Assembly (NCBI GenBank): GCA_963668315.1
Contig: OY764216.1
Span: 896,001 to 960,000 of the forward strand
Length of the DNA stretch: 64,000 nt
Source of the DNA: Spirochaetia bacterium
GTDB taxonomy: Bacteria > Spirochaetota > Spirochaetia > DSM-2461
Direction: 5' to 3'
Both the position numbers and the translations under genes were made by a program. Under the pieces are notes generated by a model. The model was not told the origin of the DNA, searched no databases, and saw only the letters and a program-made list of their open reading frames with translations. This document shows, piece after piece, positions 1 through 9,861 of this stretch; within the stretch, counting starts at the first letter, position 1; each line of letters begins with the position of its first letter.

Positions 1-2
1 GT

Positions 3-3000
3 ACTGCATCGGATGACGTACAGGTTCAGTCTGTTCAGGTCAAGATCGGAGACGGTAATTATACGGCCTATTCCCCTGCCGTCGATGAAGATACGGGCCC
101 TGAGGACAGTACGAATTTCAATACCTTGTCATGGACCGTCGCAAGCGGACTTGGCCTTAGCGATGATACGACAATCAGTGTCCTCGTGACGGATTATCAT
201 AATAAAACCAATGAGGAATCCTATCAGCTTCGTGTGGATACCACAGATCCTACGGTGACTTTTACGACAGAAGCAACCAATCCCGATACGGATTATGGGG
301 AGTACGGAAGCTTCCGGGGAGCCTATAACGGGACCTATACCTTCAAGGGCGAATCCAACGATAATATCAAAATCAGCAAGGTGTACTATCTGTTTGATGA
401 CACGGCCGGTTCAACCACTTCGGATCCCGCGGCCAGTTGGGCGGAAGCGACAGGCACATACAGCTGGACAGCTGCCTTTGATACGACGGGAGTTGCCGAT
501 TCAGCCGATGGGACCGACTACTATTACCTCCATGTCATCGCGACTGACGGTGCGGGAAACTTCTCGACGACTCAGCATTTGCCCTTTATCGTCTATCAGG
601 ACACGGATAAGCCCATTGTTTCCCTTTCCCAGCCGACAGCCGGCGAAGTTATGGAGTCGAATCCCAGAGTGCTCGGGACGGTCCGGGACGATGACGGCCT
701 GACTTCCGTTCAGATTTCCCTGAACGGGGGAGCCTATGAGAATGTCGATTCTCCCTCGTCCGTTTCGGGGAAAAGCATCAGCTTTGAACACTCTCTGCTG
801 GATCAGTCGGACGGAGATTATACCATTCAGATTCGGGCAACCGATTCCGGGTCGGTCATGACGGAATCGAATTCCCTTTCCTTCGGAATTAATAAGCTGG
901 CCCCCGATCTTGTTCTGGAACAGATAGAGGTCGTGGATATTTACGGCGGAGCTCCCAAAGTTTACTCTTCCTCCAGCGGGACCGTCTCCCTTAATACGAC
1001 CTATATCAACGGGGATTTCACTCTTGTTTTCAGCGCCGGCGACGATAACGGAATCGGTTCGGTTCAAGTCGATACGGGAAGCGGATTCAACGATGCTGTC
1101 AACGAAGGCGATGACGGCTCCGGCGCAGGCGGCATTGCCGACAACGGGATTCAGGATGGAGATGAAGTCTGGACCGATACCTGGTTGTACACTGTCGCTT
1201 CCGACGGTTTGGGAGAGGGCGCCTGTAATATATCCTATCAGGCGTCCGATAGTCTGGGCAAAACGACGGAAGGTCTTGTTACGGTAATTCTGGATACGGT
1301 CAGACCGGTCGTCAGCTTTACCTCGCCCGCCTCGATACCCATGTCCGATTCTCTTGTGAGCCCTCCCTATGACTCCGTGAACAGCGTTTATTACGATGCG
1401 CCCCATGTCAACGGCGATGTCACCATACAGGGGACAGTTTCCGACGACAGTTCTATTCATGATTTGGTCATAACCGGCGGAATTCATGGAAATATGCCTC
1501 TTACCAACGAAAACTCATCCCCCATCAACTGGAAAGTGATCCTTGATACGGCAGCGATAGCCGGCAATGAGACGGCAAACTATCAAAGCGCTCTTGCCCC
1601 TGATTACACTTTTAACACCGGCGATGATGGCGCTTCACCGTGGGATGGTGTCGAGGATGGTGATGAAACCTGGACTCATATCTGGCGCTTTCCCCTCTCT
1701 GTCGTGGCGACCGATGCGGCGGGAAACAAGTCCCAATCCTATACGGATCTGGATTCCAGTTACGTTCCGGTCAGTTATATAGGGTATATTGATATCGATC
1801 CGGACGGAGATCTGCCCAAACTGGCCGTCGTCACGCCCGCTAATGATGCCAGCGTGTCCGGTTCCTTCCTGGTGAACGGAACCATTACCGATGATGACGG
1901 AACAGATTATGTCACCCTTGAATTCGATCTTGATGATGATGGAGCCTGGAATGATTCCGGGGACAGTGAAGGGGGCGTTGATCTGACTCTGACCAATGAT
2001 CTGACCGCTTATAACGGGATAGCCGCCGGAATCACCTTTACCGGCAGCGACATCAATGAATCGACGAAGATTCCTCTCGACGCACCAAGCGGTTCCTGGT
2101 CTATCTCCCTTGCCGCCAGTGATTTCACTACGGCCAAGCTGGCATCGGCCGGATATACAAACAGCGGTTTTATTCGCATGAGGTTCACGCCCTACGACAG
2201 CAATGGTCTTCCGGGAGACGTTCAGATTGTACGGATCTATCTCGATACGGTCTCTCCGTCTTTCTCGGTCCTTTCTCCTGCGACGGGAACACTGCAGAAA
2301 GGCACGGTCACCCTGACCACGACGATTTCCGACGACAAGCAGCTTGATGAATCGAATATGCTGATCAGTTATGACGGGGGAGCCAACTTCTCTTCCATCG
2401 ATTCGGGTGATATCGCCGGACCTTCCGGAACCGGGCCTTATACCTATGACATCTCCATCGATATTGATACGACCGATACGGGGATTGTCTCCGGGGGAAA
2501 CGGACTGCTCGATATTCAGATCAGCGTAACCGATCGTACCAATAAACAGAGTTCGACCAGTGTTTCCTACAGCGTGGACAATACCCTGCCGACGGTTGCC
2601 TGGAATGAGGACGGAGACGGAACCCTGCTGGATCTGCCCTTTATCACGGGACCTGTCTATACCTTCAAGGGGAATGAAAATACCGGAGAAAGTGATGATG
2701 CCTATAAAGTCCTGGGAGCCGCTGAGGACAGCGGTACCATCTCAGGTATAGAAAAGGTGAATGTATACTTTGTTAAAGATGTTTCCGGCACTCTGTATTT
2801 TATGAGTCCCGTTGACAGTGAAACATATACAGATCTGGCTGTTGGTTCCTCCTATGCCGTGATTGATGATGACGGTGATTCCGGTACCGCCGGCGTCAGT
2901 ATTCCCTTCACGGAAAACAGCAACTATGTCATCACGATTGATAACCGGATTGAACAGGGAACTTTTGACGATCAGGCTTTATATCCCGGGATTGGTGACG

Positions 3001-5906
3001 GTGACGGTTTTAACGAAAGCCTGAAGACCAAGGAAGGCTATGATGAGTGGTACTCCTTCTTTGATACCAAAGAGCTTCTTGACGGTCCTTTGAATATCTA
3101 TGCGGTGGTTTATGATGAAGCGGGAAATATGAGCTATACCGTTGTCGATGCCCAGGTCATGAATGAACCGCCTCGTGTGACTTCGGTTGAAATCGATAGT
3201 GCTGCTCTTAATGCCGATACCATGAGAACAAAAGTTCTTGGTACTATAGCTCTCGATCTTAATTTGCAGGATGCAACTGGAATAGATGAAAGTACCCTGA
3301 CAATGGAAATTCCCAATCGGTATAATATTGTCAGCGGGGCACCCGATTCTATTGATTCGACATGGGCCGTAGGCTCGGAAAAAATAAGCTGGACCAGTTC
3401 GGATTTCACCTTGACCACACCCGGGACGGATAGTACTTCGGAAACGGCCACCTACAGTATGGATACCACCGATTACGCCAGTGGGTATTATTACCAATTT
3501 TTCGTAGAGGCAAATGATGTAGACGGGAATCTGGTTACCGAGACATTCTACCTCTGGGTAAATAATGATGATGCTGCGGCTCCCTCTATCTACATGGATG
3601 CTTTTACTCATGACAGTGTTGCTGCTACAGCCGGTCATGTGGAACTTGCCCCATTGAGTACCTTTGACGGCGCTGATGCCGATTTATCAGGTACCGTCAG
3701 GGCAAAGGGAACTACCAATGATGATTCTGTCGTTTCAAGTGTCAGCTTCCAGTACTCCCTGGATTATACCAACGACGGCAATGACGCCAATGATACATGG
3801 GTTACCTCAACATCGGGAACAATGGTACTAACACTTACCGAGGAAGATGAAGCTGCCGGAAAGACCTATGACTGGTCCTATGACTGGGATACATCGGAAA
3901 TTACCGGAAATGCTCAGGCTAATGTCTTTGTCCGTGTCACTTCTTTTGACGGCTCAAATACGGGTATGCTGGCAGCACCTGTTCCCGTCGATATCGTTCC
4001 CTATATTACCGGGATCACCGGAGCCGGTTTTGATTCCGGTCTCCTGACCTATGTCAGGCGGTCTGTAAAGGGAAATTATACGGTACCCATAGGCTCCACC
4101 ATAACGATAACCGGCTACAACCTGCCTGGAACAACCGCAAATGGCGTAACAATCGGGGACCACAGCGGAGTCGTAAATACCGATTATGTCCAACTGACAG
4201 CCGAAGCCGGAGGTACGACGACATCTATTTCTGTCGATCTTGCTGCCACTAGTACCTCGGGAGAGATCCGTGTAACCACCAACGGAGTCAGCAGCATTAA
4301 TAACTCAAATAATGATGACGATGATTCCGAGGCCAATGCGTATAATCCCACCCTGGTCGATGACAGAAAGATTGTCTTCTGGAATGTTTCGTCATTGACA
4401 GGAACGTCCACAGTTACCGATCCCTATATGGCTCCCAATTCAGGAAATTCTGATTTTGACTGGATGTACGTGAAGAGCGGAAAGGAATTGTGGCTGCAGC
4501 CCGGGAGCGGCACAGCTGAAGTGCTGACAAAGAGTATAGGTCTCAGCGGCGGAGCTTTTAACTATAACACCAGCGGCAACCTGATATACCTGTTCAATCA
4601 TGACACGGAATGGAGTTTTTATGACGGATCTTTCTCGTTTTCCGGGTCTGTTCAGTTCGGCCAGGTAGCAAGTCTGGGAGCCTATGATTTTATTACTGCA
4701 GGAGAGAATAAGGATGAGGCTTACAATTGGAATCAGAATACCAACTTCGGGAAGCTTGGCCTTGGAAATATAAATTTCTATGCGGCGGGCGAGAATAATG
4801 TCAGTGAGAACCCTATTCCCTATACGGGATACTCTGCGCTTGACTTGAACAGGTACGAGAATCTGCAGATAAGGAGCGTAGGGAACAGTTCGCTGACCAG
4901 GAATTATGTCGCGTACTTTGATACCGGTGCGGATGAAAGCAGAAGTATTGTCTTCTATTCGTTCCAGACGTCCGATACTTCCGGCGGGACGACAGCCAGC
5001 CAGAATGTCTATTCCAATACGGCTCTATCGACAGAGGCCGTTGCCGGGGGAGGCTTCTTTGCCAATCTCGATAAATTTACCAATGCCGGAGCGGGTGAAT
5101 CGGTATCTCTGACCGGTACTCAGAAAAGTAACAATATGGGAATCGCAACCCCCCGCGGTCGACAGGAAGTCACTACCGCAACAGCCGGCGCAGACAGTAA
5201 TCAGTTTGACCTGGAAGTATTTGATACGGGGGCTACCGATCCCACGGACGGTTATCCCATTGTCTATGCCTATATTGCCTACTTTGATGATGCCAGTCAG
5301 AGTCTGAAAATCGCCGTGAATGAAAACGCGGGATTAGCCGATCCCACAAGTAATCTGGCAGCCTCAAATAAGAGTGCCGATACCTGGTTCACTTCAGGCG
5401 CTATAGACAGCAGTGCCGGTGCATATGTAGACATGGCTATCGATGATAATGGCGGTATCCATCTGGCCTATCAGGATGTCGCCTCGGGTTATTTAAAATA
5501 CGCACGGCTTACATATAATGCCTCAGATCATACTTTCACAACCCGGGAATCGGTCTATGTGGATGCCCTTTTCGGAGCGGGATCACAAAACAGTATTGTG
5601 GTTAAGCAGTTTGGAACAGATGACTACCGACCGGTTATTCTTTCATATTCCAGTGCATATACGGGAACCAAAGCGCCTTTGAGGCTTAGTTATCCCACAA
5701 CAGTTTCAACTGGTGTGACAACAAATTTCGGAGCTGGCGCGAACAGTTCGACCGGCGCATTTACAGGAGCCTGGGAAACCGTTGCCCTGCCTGCCATTTC
5801 CAACCCGGTCAATTCCAAGAGCTTTCTGTACCTGGATGCTTCCGGGAATCCCCAGATAGGTTATACCGGGTCCAATCTTGAAGAGTCGACATATTTAGGC
5901 TTTTAA
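3..5906 (+). CDS. Giant Ig-like repeat surface protein/adhesin, 5'-partial (>1960 aa)
   Basis: Frame is open from the window edge (TASDDVQVQSVQVKIG...). D/T/S/G-rich, with repeated Ig-domain junction motifs (VDTTDPTVTF, DTDKPIVSLSQP, LDTVRPVVSFTSP, LDTVSPSFSVLSP, VDNTLPTVAW) and a propeller-like C-terminal motif (MAIDDNGGIHLAYQD). Confidence 0.8.
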   Translation, partial: TASDDVQVQSVQVKIGDGNYTAYSPAVDEDTGPEDSTNFNTLSWTVASGLGLSDDTTISVLVTDYHNKTNEESYQLRVDTTDPTVTFTTEATNPDTDYGEYGSFRGAYNGTYTFKGESNDNIKISKVYYLFDDTAGSTTSDPAASWAEATGTYSWTAAFDTTGVADSADGTDYYYLHVIATDGAGNFSTTQHLPFIVYQDTDKPIVSLSQPTAGEVMESNPRVLGTVRDDDGLTSVQISLNGGAYENVDSPSSVSGKSISFEHSLLDQSDGDYTIQIRATDSGSVMTESNSLSFGINKLAPDLVLEQIEVVDIYGGAPKVYSSSSGTVSLNTTYINGDFTLVFSAGDDNGIGSVQVDTGSGFNDAVNEGDDGSGAGGIADNGIQDGDEVWTDTWLYTVASDGLGEGACNISYQASDSLGKTTEGLVTVILDTVRPVVSFTSPASIPMSDSLVSPPYDSVNSVYYDAPHVNGDVTIQGTVSDDSSIHDLVITGGIHGNMPLTNENSSPINWKVILDTAAIAGNETANYQSALAPDYTFNTGDDGASPWDGVEDGDETWTHIWRFPLSVVATDAAGNKSQSYTDLDSSYVPVSYIGYIDIDPDGDLPKLAVVTPANDASVSGSFLVNGTITDDDGTDYVTLEFDLDDDGAWNDSGDSEGGVDLTLTNDLTAYNGIAAGITFTGSDINESTKIPLDAPSGSWSISLAASDFTTAKLASAGYTNSGFIRMRFTPYDSNGLPGDVQIVRIYLDTVSPSFSVLSPATGTLQKGTVTLTTTISDDKQLDESNMLISYDGGANFSSIDSGDIAGPSGTGPYTYDISIDIDTTDTGIVSGGNGLLDIQISVTDRTNKQSSTSVSYSVDNTLPTVAWNEDGDGTLLDLPFITGPVYTFKGNENTGESDDAYKVLGAAEDSGTISGIEKVNVYFVKDVSGTLYFMSPVDSETYTDLAVGSSYAVIDDDGDSGTAGVSIPFTENSNYVITIDNRIEQGTFDDQALYPGIGDGDGFNESLKTKEGYDEWYSFFDTKELLDGPLNIYAVVYDEAGNMSYTVVDAQVMNEPPRVTSVEIDSAALNADTMRTKVLGTIALDLNLQDATGIDESTLTMEIPNRYNIVSGAPDSIDSTWAVGSEKISWTSSDFTLTTPGTDSTSETATYSMDTTDYASGYYYQFFVEANDVDGNLVTETFYLWVNNDDAAAPSIYMDAFTHDSVAATAGHVELAPLSTFDGADADLSGTVRAKGTTNDDSVVSSVSFQYSLDYTNDGNDANDTWVTSTSGTMVLTLTEEDEAAGKTYDWSYDWDTSEITGNAQANVFVRVTSFDGSNTGMLAAPVPVDIVPYITGITGAGFDSGLLTYVRRSVKGNYTVPIGSTITITGYNLPGTTANGVTIGDHSGVVNTDYVQLTAEAGGTTTSISVDLAATSTSGEIRVTTNGVSSINNSNNDDDDSEANAYNPTLVDDRKIVFWNVSSLTGTSTVTDPYMAPNSGNSDFDWMYVKSGKELWLQPGSGTAEVLTKSIGLSGGAFNYNTSGNLIYLFNHDTEWSFYDGSFSFSGSVQFGQVASLGAYDFITAGENKDEAYNWNQNTNFGKLGLGNINFYAAGENNVSENPIPYTGYSALDLNRYENLQIRSVGNSSLTRNYVAYFDTGADESRSIVFYSFQTSDTSGGTTASQNVYSNTALSTEAVAGGGFFANLDKFTNAGAGESVSLTGTQKSNNMGIATPRGRQEVTTATAGADSNQFDLEVFDTGATDPTDGYPIVYAYIAYFDDASQSLKIAVNENAGLADPTSNLAASNKSADTWFTSGAIDSSAGAYVDMAIDDNGGIHLAYQDVASGYLKYARLTYNASDHTFTTRESVYVDALFGAGSQNSIVVKQFGTDDYRPVILSYSSAYTGTKAPLRLSYPTTVSTGVTTNFGAGANSSTGAFTGAWETVALPAISNPVNSKSFLYLDASGNPQIGYTGSNLEESTYLGF

Positions 5907-5918
5907 GGAATATGAGTG

Positions 5919-5946
5919 ATAGGACCTCCGGAGAGGGAGGTCCTAT
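5919..5946. terminator. Stem-loop between convergent genes
   Basis: ATAGGACCTCC-GGAGAG-GGAGGTCCTAT, an 11-bp stem overlapping the stop of the minus-strand gene. Confidence 0.6.
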
Positions 5947-6989
5947 TCTTCCACAAACCGCCTCAGTTCCATCCCGTACTCCCGCATTTCCCGGGTATTC
6001 GATAATTCCTGCCAGCTCGCTATATGCTGTGCGAAGGCGTCATCATCCTGGGAGTAAAAAAAACGCTGGAGCCGATAGGTCAGATATTCGCACGTTGCCG
6101 GATTTTTCAGAAAATTCCTGAATTCGGCCGCTTCCGAAGCGGCGGGACTGTCCTGATTGACGACAAGGGAAACTCCGGCTCCGATAAGCCAGGATTTCCG
6201 GTTCCCCTGGGGAAACTTGATGAATTCGATATCGCTTCGGACTTCGGGGGGGATGGGCGTGAGCATCTTATCGTAAAGGAGAGTCATGGCCGCCTTTCCC
6301 TGAGCCATGGCAGCCACTCCTCTGGGCCATCCTTCGTTCCATGTTTCCTCAAGAAAGAACCCCTTTCTCTTCCACCGCTGCAGTATTTCCCAGCTGTTTA
6401 CATAGGGGATATTATCTGTATCGGATCCGGGGATGTAGTCGGTATCGCCGTCATTTAAGGAGATCATGATGTGCTGCGACCATAAGATCAAAGGCCAGAG
6501 ATGGCTGTTCCCCACAGAAAGGGGAGTCATGCCCTGCTCTTTTAATAAATCCAGGGATTTCTCCAGCTCATCCATCGTTTCAGCCGATTCGATGGAGGCA
6601 AGAATCTCATCCGGGATGAGGGACCGATTGACGGCAAGGGTCCATCCTGTGCCCATCCATCTTTTCGGTTCGGAGTATCTAAAGGGAAACTCCTGTTCCA
6701 CGGGCCCCGGCCAGAGGAAAATATCCGGCACGATATCCCCTTCGTAGATCTTCTGCCTTATCTCCCTGGAGTTCAGGGCGGTTAGTCTTACCTGCGTTTT
6801 TCCGTTTTGCGTTTCAAATTGATCTATCAGCGGAGCCAACAGGGCTGACTCGCTTTCGGAAAAATTGTGGACAAAGTTTATTTCGACGGGTTCGGCCGCT
6901 TTACGAATCTGTACTGCTGAGATGATTATCAGAAACAGGGCTATGAGGGCAGTGAGGGAAATAACAGTTTTTTTGTTATTTCTCATCAT
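5943..6989 (-). CDS. Extracellular solute-binding protein (family 1-like), N-terminal membrane anchor
   Basis: Hydrophobic N-terminus, then LIDQFETQN...PDIF, LAVNRSL, GMTPLSVG and FAQGKAAM-like (MAQGKAAM) SBP motifs. Start overlaps the pmbA stop. Confidence 0.7.
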   Translation of the reverse strand: MMRNNKKTVISLTALIALFLIIISAVQIRKAAEPVEINFVHNFSESESALLAPLIDQFETQNGKTQVRLTALNSREIRQKIYEGDIVPDIFLWPGPVEQEFPFRYSEPKRWMGTGWTLAVNRSLIPDEILASIESAETMDELEKSLDLLKEQGMTPLSVGNSHLWPLILWSQHIMISLNDGDTDYIPGSDTDNIPYVNSWEILQRWKRKGFFLEETWNEGWPRGVAAMAQGKAAMTLLYDKMLTPIPPEVRSDIEFIKFPQGNRKSWLIGAGVSLVVNQDSPAASEAAEFRNFLKNPATCEYLTYRLQRFFYSQDDDAFAQHIASWQELSNTREMREYGMELRRFVEE

Positions 6990-8287
6990 CAGCTTAACCG
7001 GCCCCCCGGATACATCAGATAGGCGGGGCCATGGTAATTCTCTTTACGCACCAGTTCCCTGGACAGGTAAAACTCTTTCTGAACATCAAAAATACAAGCC
7101 GAGAGGGAGGCTCCCGTAAGGGGAACGGTCTCTTTGCCGTTAAACCAGAGGGCCAGACGGATCTCGCCTCCGAAATCACCCGTCATGGGATCCATCTGGA
7201 AGTCGGAAAAACTGCGGATTTCCACATGGGGCTCCTTTTTCCACTCTTCCACGCTGCTCTTTCCCCCGGCCACCACGCGGTTCCCTATGACACCGGTCGC
7301 CGGAACGTTCAGGTAATGGGAATACTGCTGGTTCCCGTGGTATCGGAGCAGTTTCCCGTCCCGGAAGATTTCCACTCTCTCCAGAGCCGTGCCGTCCCCG
7401 TCGTAGGGTACAGAGCGGGGCGAGCCTTCCAGGGAGGGATCAAGGGTTATGGACACGAGATCGCCCTTTGCCTCGTTCCCCTGGAATATTTCACCCGCCT
7501 TTCCCCGGGCGATTTCCTCGTAAACGCCTTTGGCGCTGCTCTGGGTCAGGTAGAAGTTCATCATATCCCTGACGGCTTCCCCGGTGAGTATGATATTGAT
7601 ATCCTTGAGTTCGGATGCTTTGCGGGCCCGGCTTCTCAGGCGGCAGTTTTCAATCTGGTTCCGGCACTCCTCTTCTACCATGGTTCCGTCGGCATCGGCA
7701 AAGGAGAACATATTGTAGATCTCCACATCTTCGCCGTTTTCCTTCCAGTCGCATATGAGCTCTATGTCTCCCTGGCAGCGGGTCCAGGATTCGTCTATGC
7801 CCGTGGAAGTAACAAGGCGGCAGGTAAAACGGTTAAGGAAAATCTCCGCCGAATTAACGCCCCCTTCCCGGTGGATATCATTTTTATAGAGACTTTCCCG
7901 CAGCTCTTCCATCACGGGGTTCATGTCCTCCTCAGCCAGGCGGCTGCGGAGAGGGGGAACGGTTCTCTCCTTCGGAAGGGCCATAGGGTAGGGAGGGTTT
8001 TTCACGAAGGACGCGGCGTACCAGGCTTTTTCCAGCCGTGTGATAATCTCTTCCCGGCTGATCCGGGAAGGCAGCCGGAGGGAGGCTGAGCCCTTATACG
8101 CCTGTCCCGCCTCCTCGAAAAGGCGGTAGAGGGTGACATCGTAATGCTTTACATCCTTGGCCCGGTTCATATCCAGATCTTTTCTGATGTAGAAGCTCTC
8201 CTGGGATGTCACTTCCTCCTCTCTGATGATCCACTCGTCGATCCCCAGCTCCTTCATGACTTTCCTGATGATATCGATGGTATTCAT
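6989..8287 (-). CDS. pmbA: PmbA/TldE family protein
   Basis: PYDGDG...IFRDGKL...TG motif, no HExxH, directly downstream of tldD with TAATG coupling. Confidence 0.85.
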   Translation of the reverse strand: MNTIDIIRKVMKELGIDEWIIREEEVTSQESFYIRKDLDMNRAKDVKHYDVTLYRLFEEAGQAYKGSASLRLPSRISREEIITRLEKAWYAASFVKNPPYPMALPKERTVPPLRSRLAEEDMNPVMEELRESLYKNDIHREGGVNSAEIFLNRFTCRLVTSTGIDESWTRCQGDIELICDWKENGEDVEIYNMFSFADADGTMVEEECRNQIENCRLRSRARKASELKDINIILTGEAVRDMMNFYLTQSSAKGVYEEIARGKAGEIFQGNEAKGDLVSITLDPSLEGSPRSVPYDGDGTALERVEIFRDGKLLRYHGNQQYSHYLNVPATGVIGNRVVAGGKSSVEEWKKEPHVEIRSFSDFQMDPMTGDFGGEIRLALWFNGKETVPLTGASLSACIFDVQKEFYLSRELVRKENYHGPAYLMYPGGRLS

Positions 8288-9705
8288 TATGCCAGCCTTC
8301 CTTTCGTTTTGATGTAGGGCCCGCCGGTGGAAGTCTTGACGAATTCCTTATATCCCTTGCCGCAGGCCCCCGATCCGGACAGTTCAAAATCGGGACTGAC
8401 CATGTCTATCGCTCCCAGAAGATCGGGTACATAGCCCGTCAGATAGACCGGAGCCACCACTTTCCCGGTGAGTTTCCCGTCGATGATCTCCCGGCCCAGG
8501 GTGGATACGCACTGAATGCCCCAGTTTTTGGGATCTTCCATCCCGCTGGAAAAGCTCTCCAGGAGGTAACCATGGTCAATGGACCGGATCATATCCTCAA
8601 GGGAATCCTCTCCCGGTTCGAAAAAGGTATTCGTCATACGGGCATAGGCTTTTCTTTCGAAGGATTCCCTTTTGCCGTTGCCCGTGGGGGTATTGCCCAG
8701 TTTCAGCGAGGAGAGAAGGTCGGATATTCCCGATTTGAGTATGCCGTCCTCGATAATGAGCGTATCCGTTCCCAGGGTTCCTTCGTCATCGAAGAGATAG
8801 GAAGAAACCTCCCGGGCCGAGGCGGCGCCGTCGTGCATGCGAACCTTGGCGGAAGCGACCGGTTTGTTCATATAAGCCATGGCCCTGGCCCTGTTTTTCA
8901 CGAACATATCCGTCTCCACGCCGTGGCCGAAGGCTTCGTGGGCGATCAGACCGGCCATGGCGGGGTCGCAGATGATGTCATATTCCCCGGGAACAAGTCT
9001 TTCCGCGGTCAGAAGGTCGGCGGTTTCCTTCACGGCGGCGGGAATGGCGGCCCTTATCTCTTCCAGAAGTTCCGACCCCTTGAGACCGGAGCAGGACCGG
9101 AAGCCGTACTGGATGCCCTTCTCCCCCTTTCCGATAGCGAAAACGTATCCCTGGGACCACATATAAGCCTGTTCCAGGTCTTTTTTGGCCGAGAGAAAAA
9201 GCTTGGATATTTTGACATGTTCGTAGCGGATGCGGACATCGACCAGAAAATCGGCCCGACTCAGAGCTTCTCCCATGGAGGAATTCAGGGACGTCATAAT
9301 GTCTCCCGGTGATTGCGCCTCGGGATCCTCTTCCACCGTATCGTAGAAGCTTCTGGTCAACTCCGCCTCCGCGGCGACAGGATACTCCACCGTATGGAGC
9401 GGACTGTTCTCCGAGGAGCTCTGGAGGGCCGTTTTGCGGACGGCCGCGGCAATGGCATCCGGGTCTTCCAGGCTGTTGAAGGAGTACTCCGAATAGCCCT
9501 TCCCGTTATGAACCCGGCAGACGAATCCCCGCTCCCCCCAGGAGGAATCGGTGATGGATGAACCGGATTTCGCCACCATATAGGCGGTGCCCGCCACATC
9601 CGTTCCCAGGATGGAGACATAGGGAAAATCCGAGGAGAGGGTTGAGATAAGGTCCTTAAGTACCGCTTTGTTTTTTCTGAGAAAATCCGAAAAGATAACT
9701 TCCAT
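8287..9705 (-). CDS. tldD: TldD family metalloprotease
   Basis: AHEAFGHGVE metal motif, FDDEG, RMTNTF and GACGKG. Start placed at MEVIF (9705) behind a GAGGA SD rather than at 9804. Confidence 0.9.
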   Translation of the reverse strand: MEVIFSDFLRKNKAVLKDLISTLSSDFPYVSILGTDVAGTAYMVAKSGSSITDSSWGERGFVCRVHNGKGYSEYSFNSLEDPDAIAAAVRKTALQSSSENSPLHTVEYPVAAEAELTRSFYDTVEEDPEAQSPGDIMTSLNSSMGEALSRADFLVDVRIRYEHVKISKLFLSAKKDLEQAYMWSQGYVFAIGKGEKGIQYGFRSCSGLKGSELLEEIRAAIPAAVKETADLLTAERLVPGEYDIICDPAMAGLIAHEAFGHGVETDMFVKNRARAMAYMNKPVASAKVRMHDGAASAREVSSYLFDDEGTLGTDTLIIEDGILKSGISDLLSSLKLGNTPTGNGKRESFERKAYARMTNTFFEPGEDSLEDMIRSIDHGYLLESFSSGMEDPKNWGIQCVSTLGREIIDGKLTGKVVAPVYLTGYVPDLLGAIDMVSPDFELSGSGACGKGYKEFVKTSTGGPYIKTKGRLA

Positions 9706-9826
9706 GGTGATCCGTCCTCGACAGTTTACTATTTTCAAGATAACACGGCCTTTACGGTCATGGCAATGGAAAAAGGTTTCTAATTGATTTCTCCCGGACT
9801 TCATGAATGAAAGATTCGTAATATTA

Positions 9827-9855
9827 TTGATATGCTATATAAATGGTAGTATATT
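9827..9855 (+). promoter_or_regulatory. Sigma70-like promoter of msrAB (leaderless geometry)
   Basis: TTGATA-17 bp-TATATT, then 6 nt to the ATG at 9862. Confidence 0.6.
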
Positions 9856-9861
9856 GAAAAT

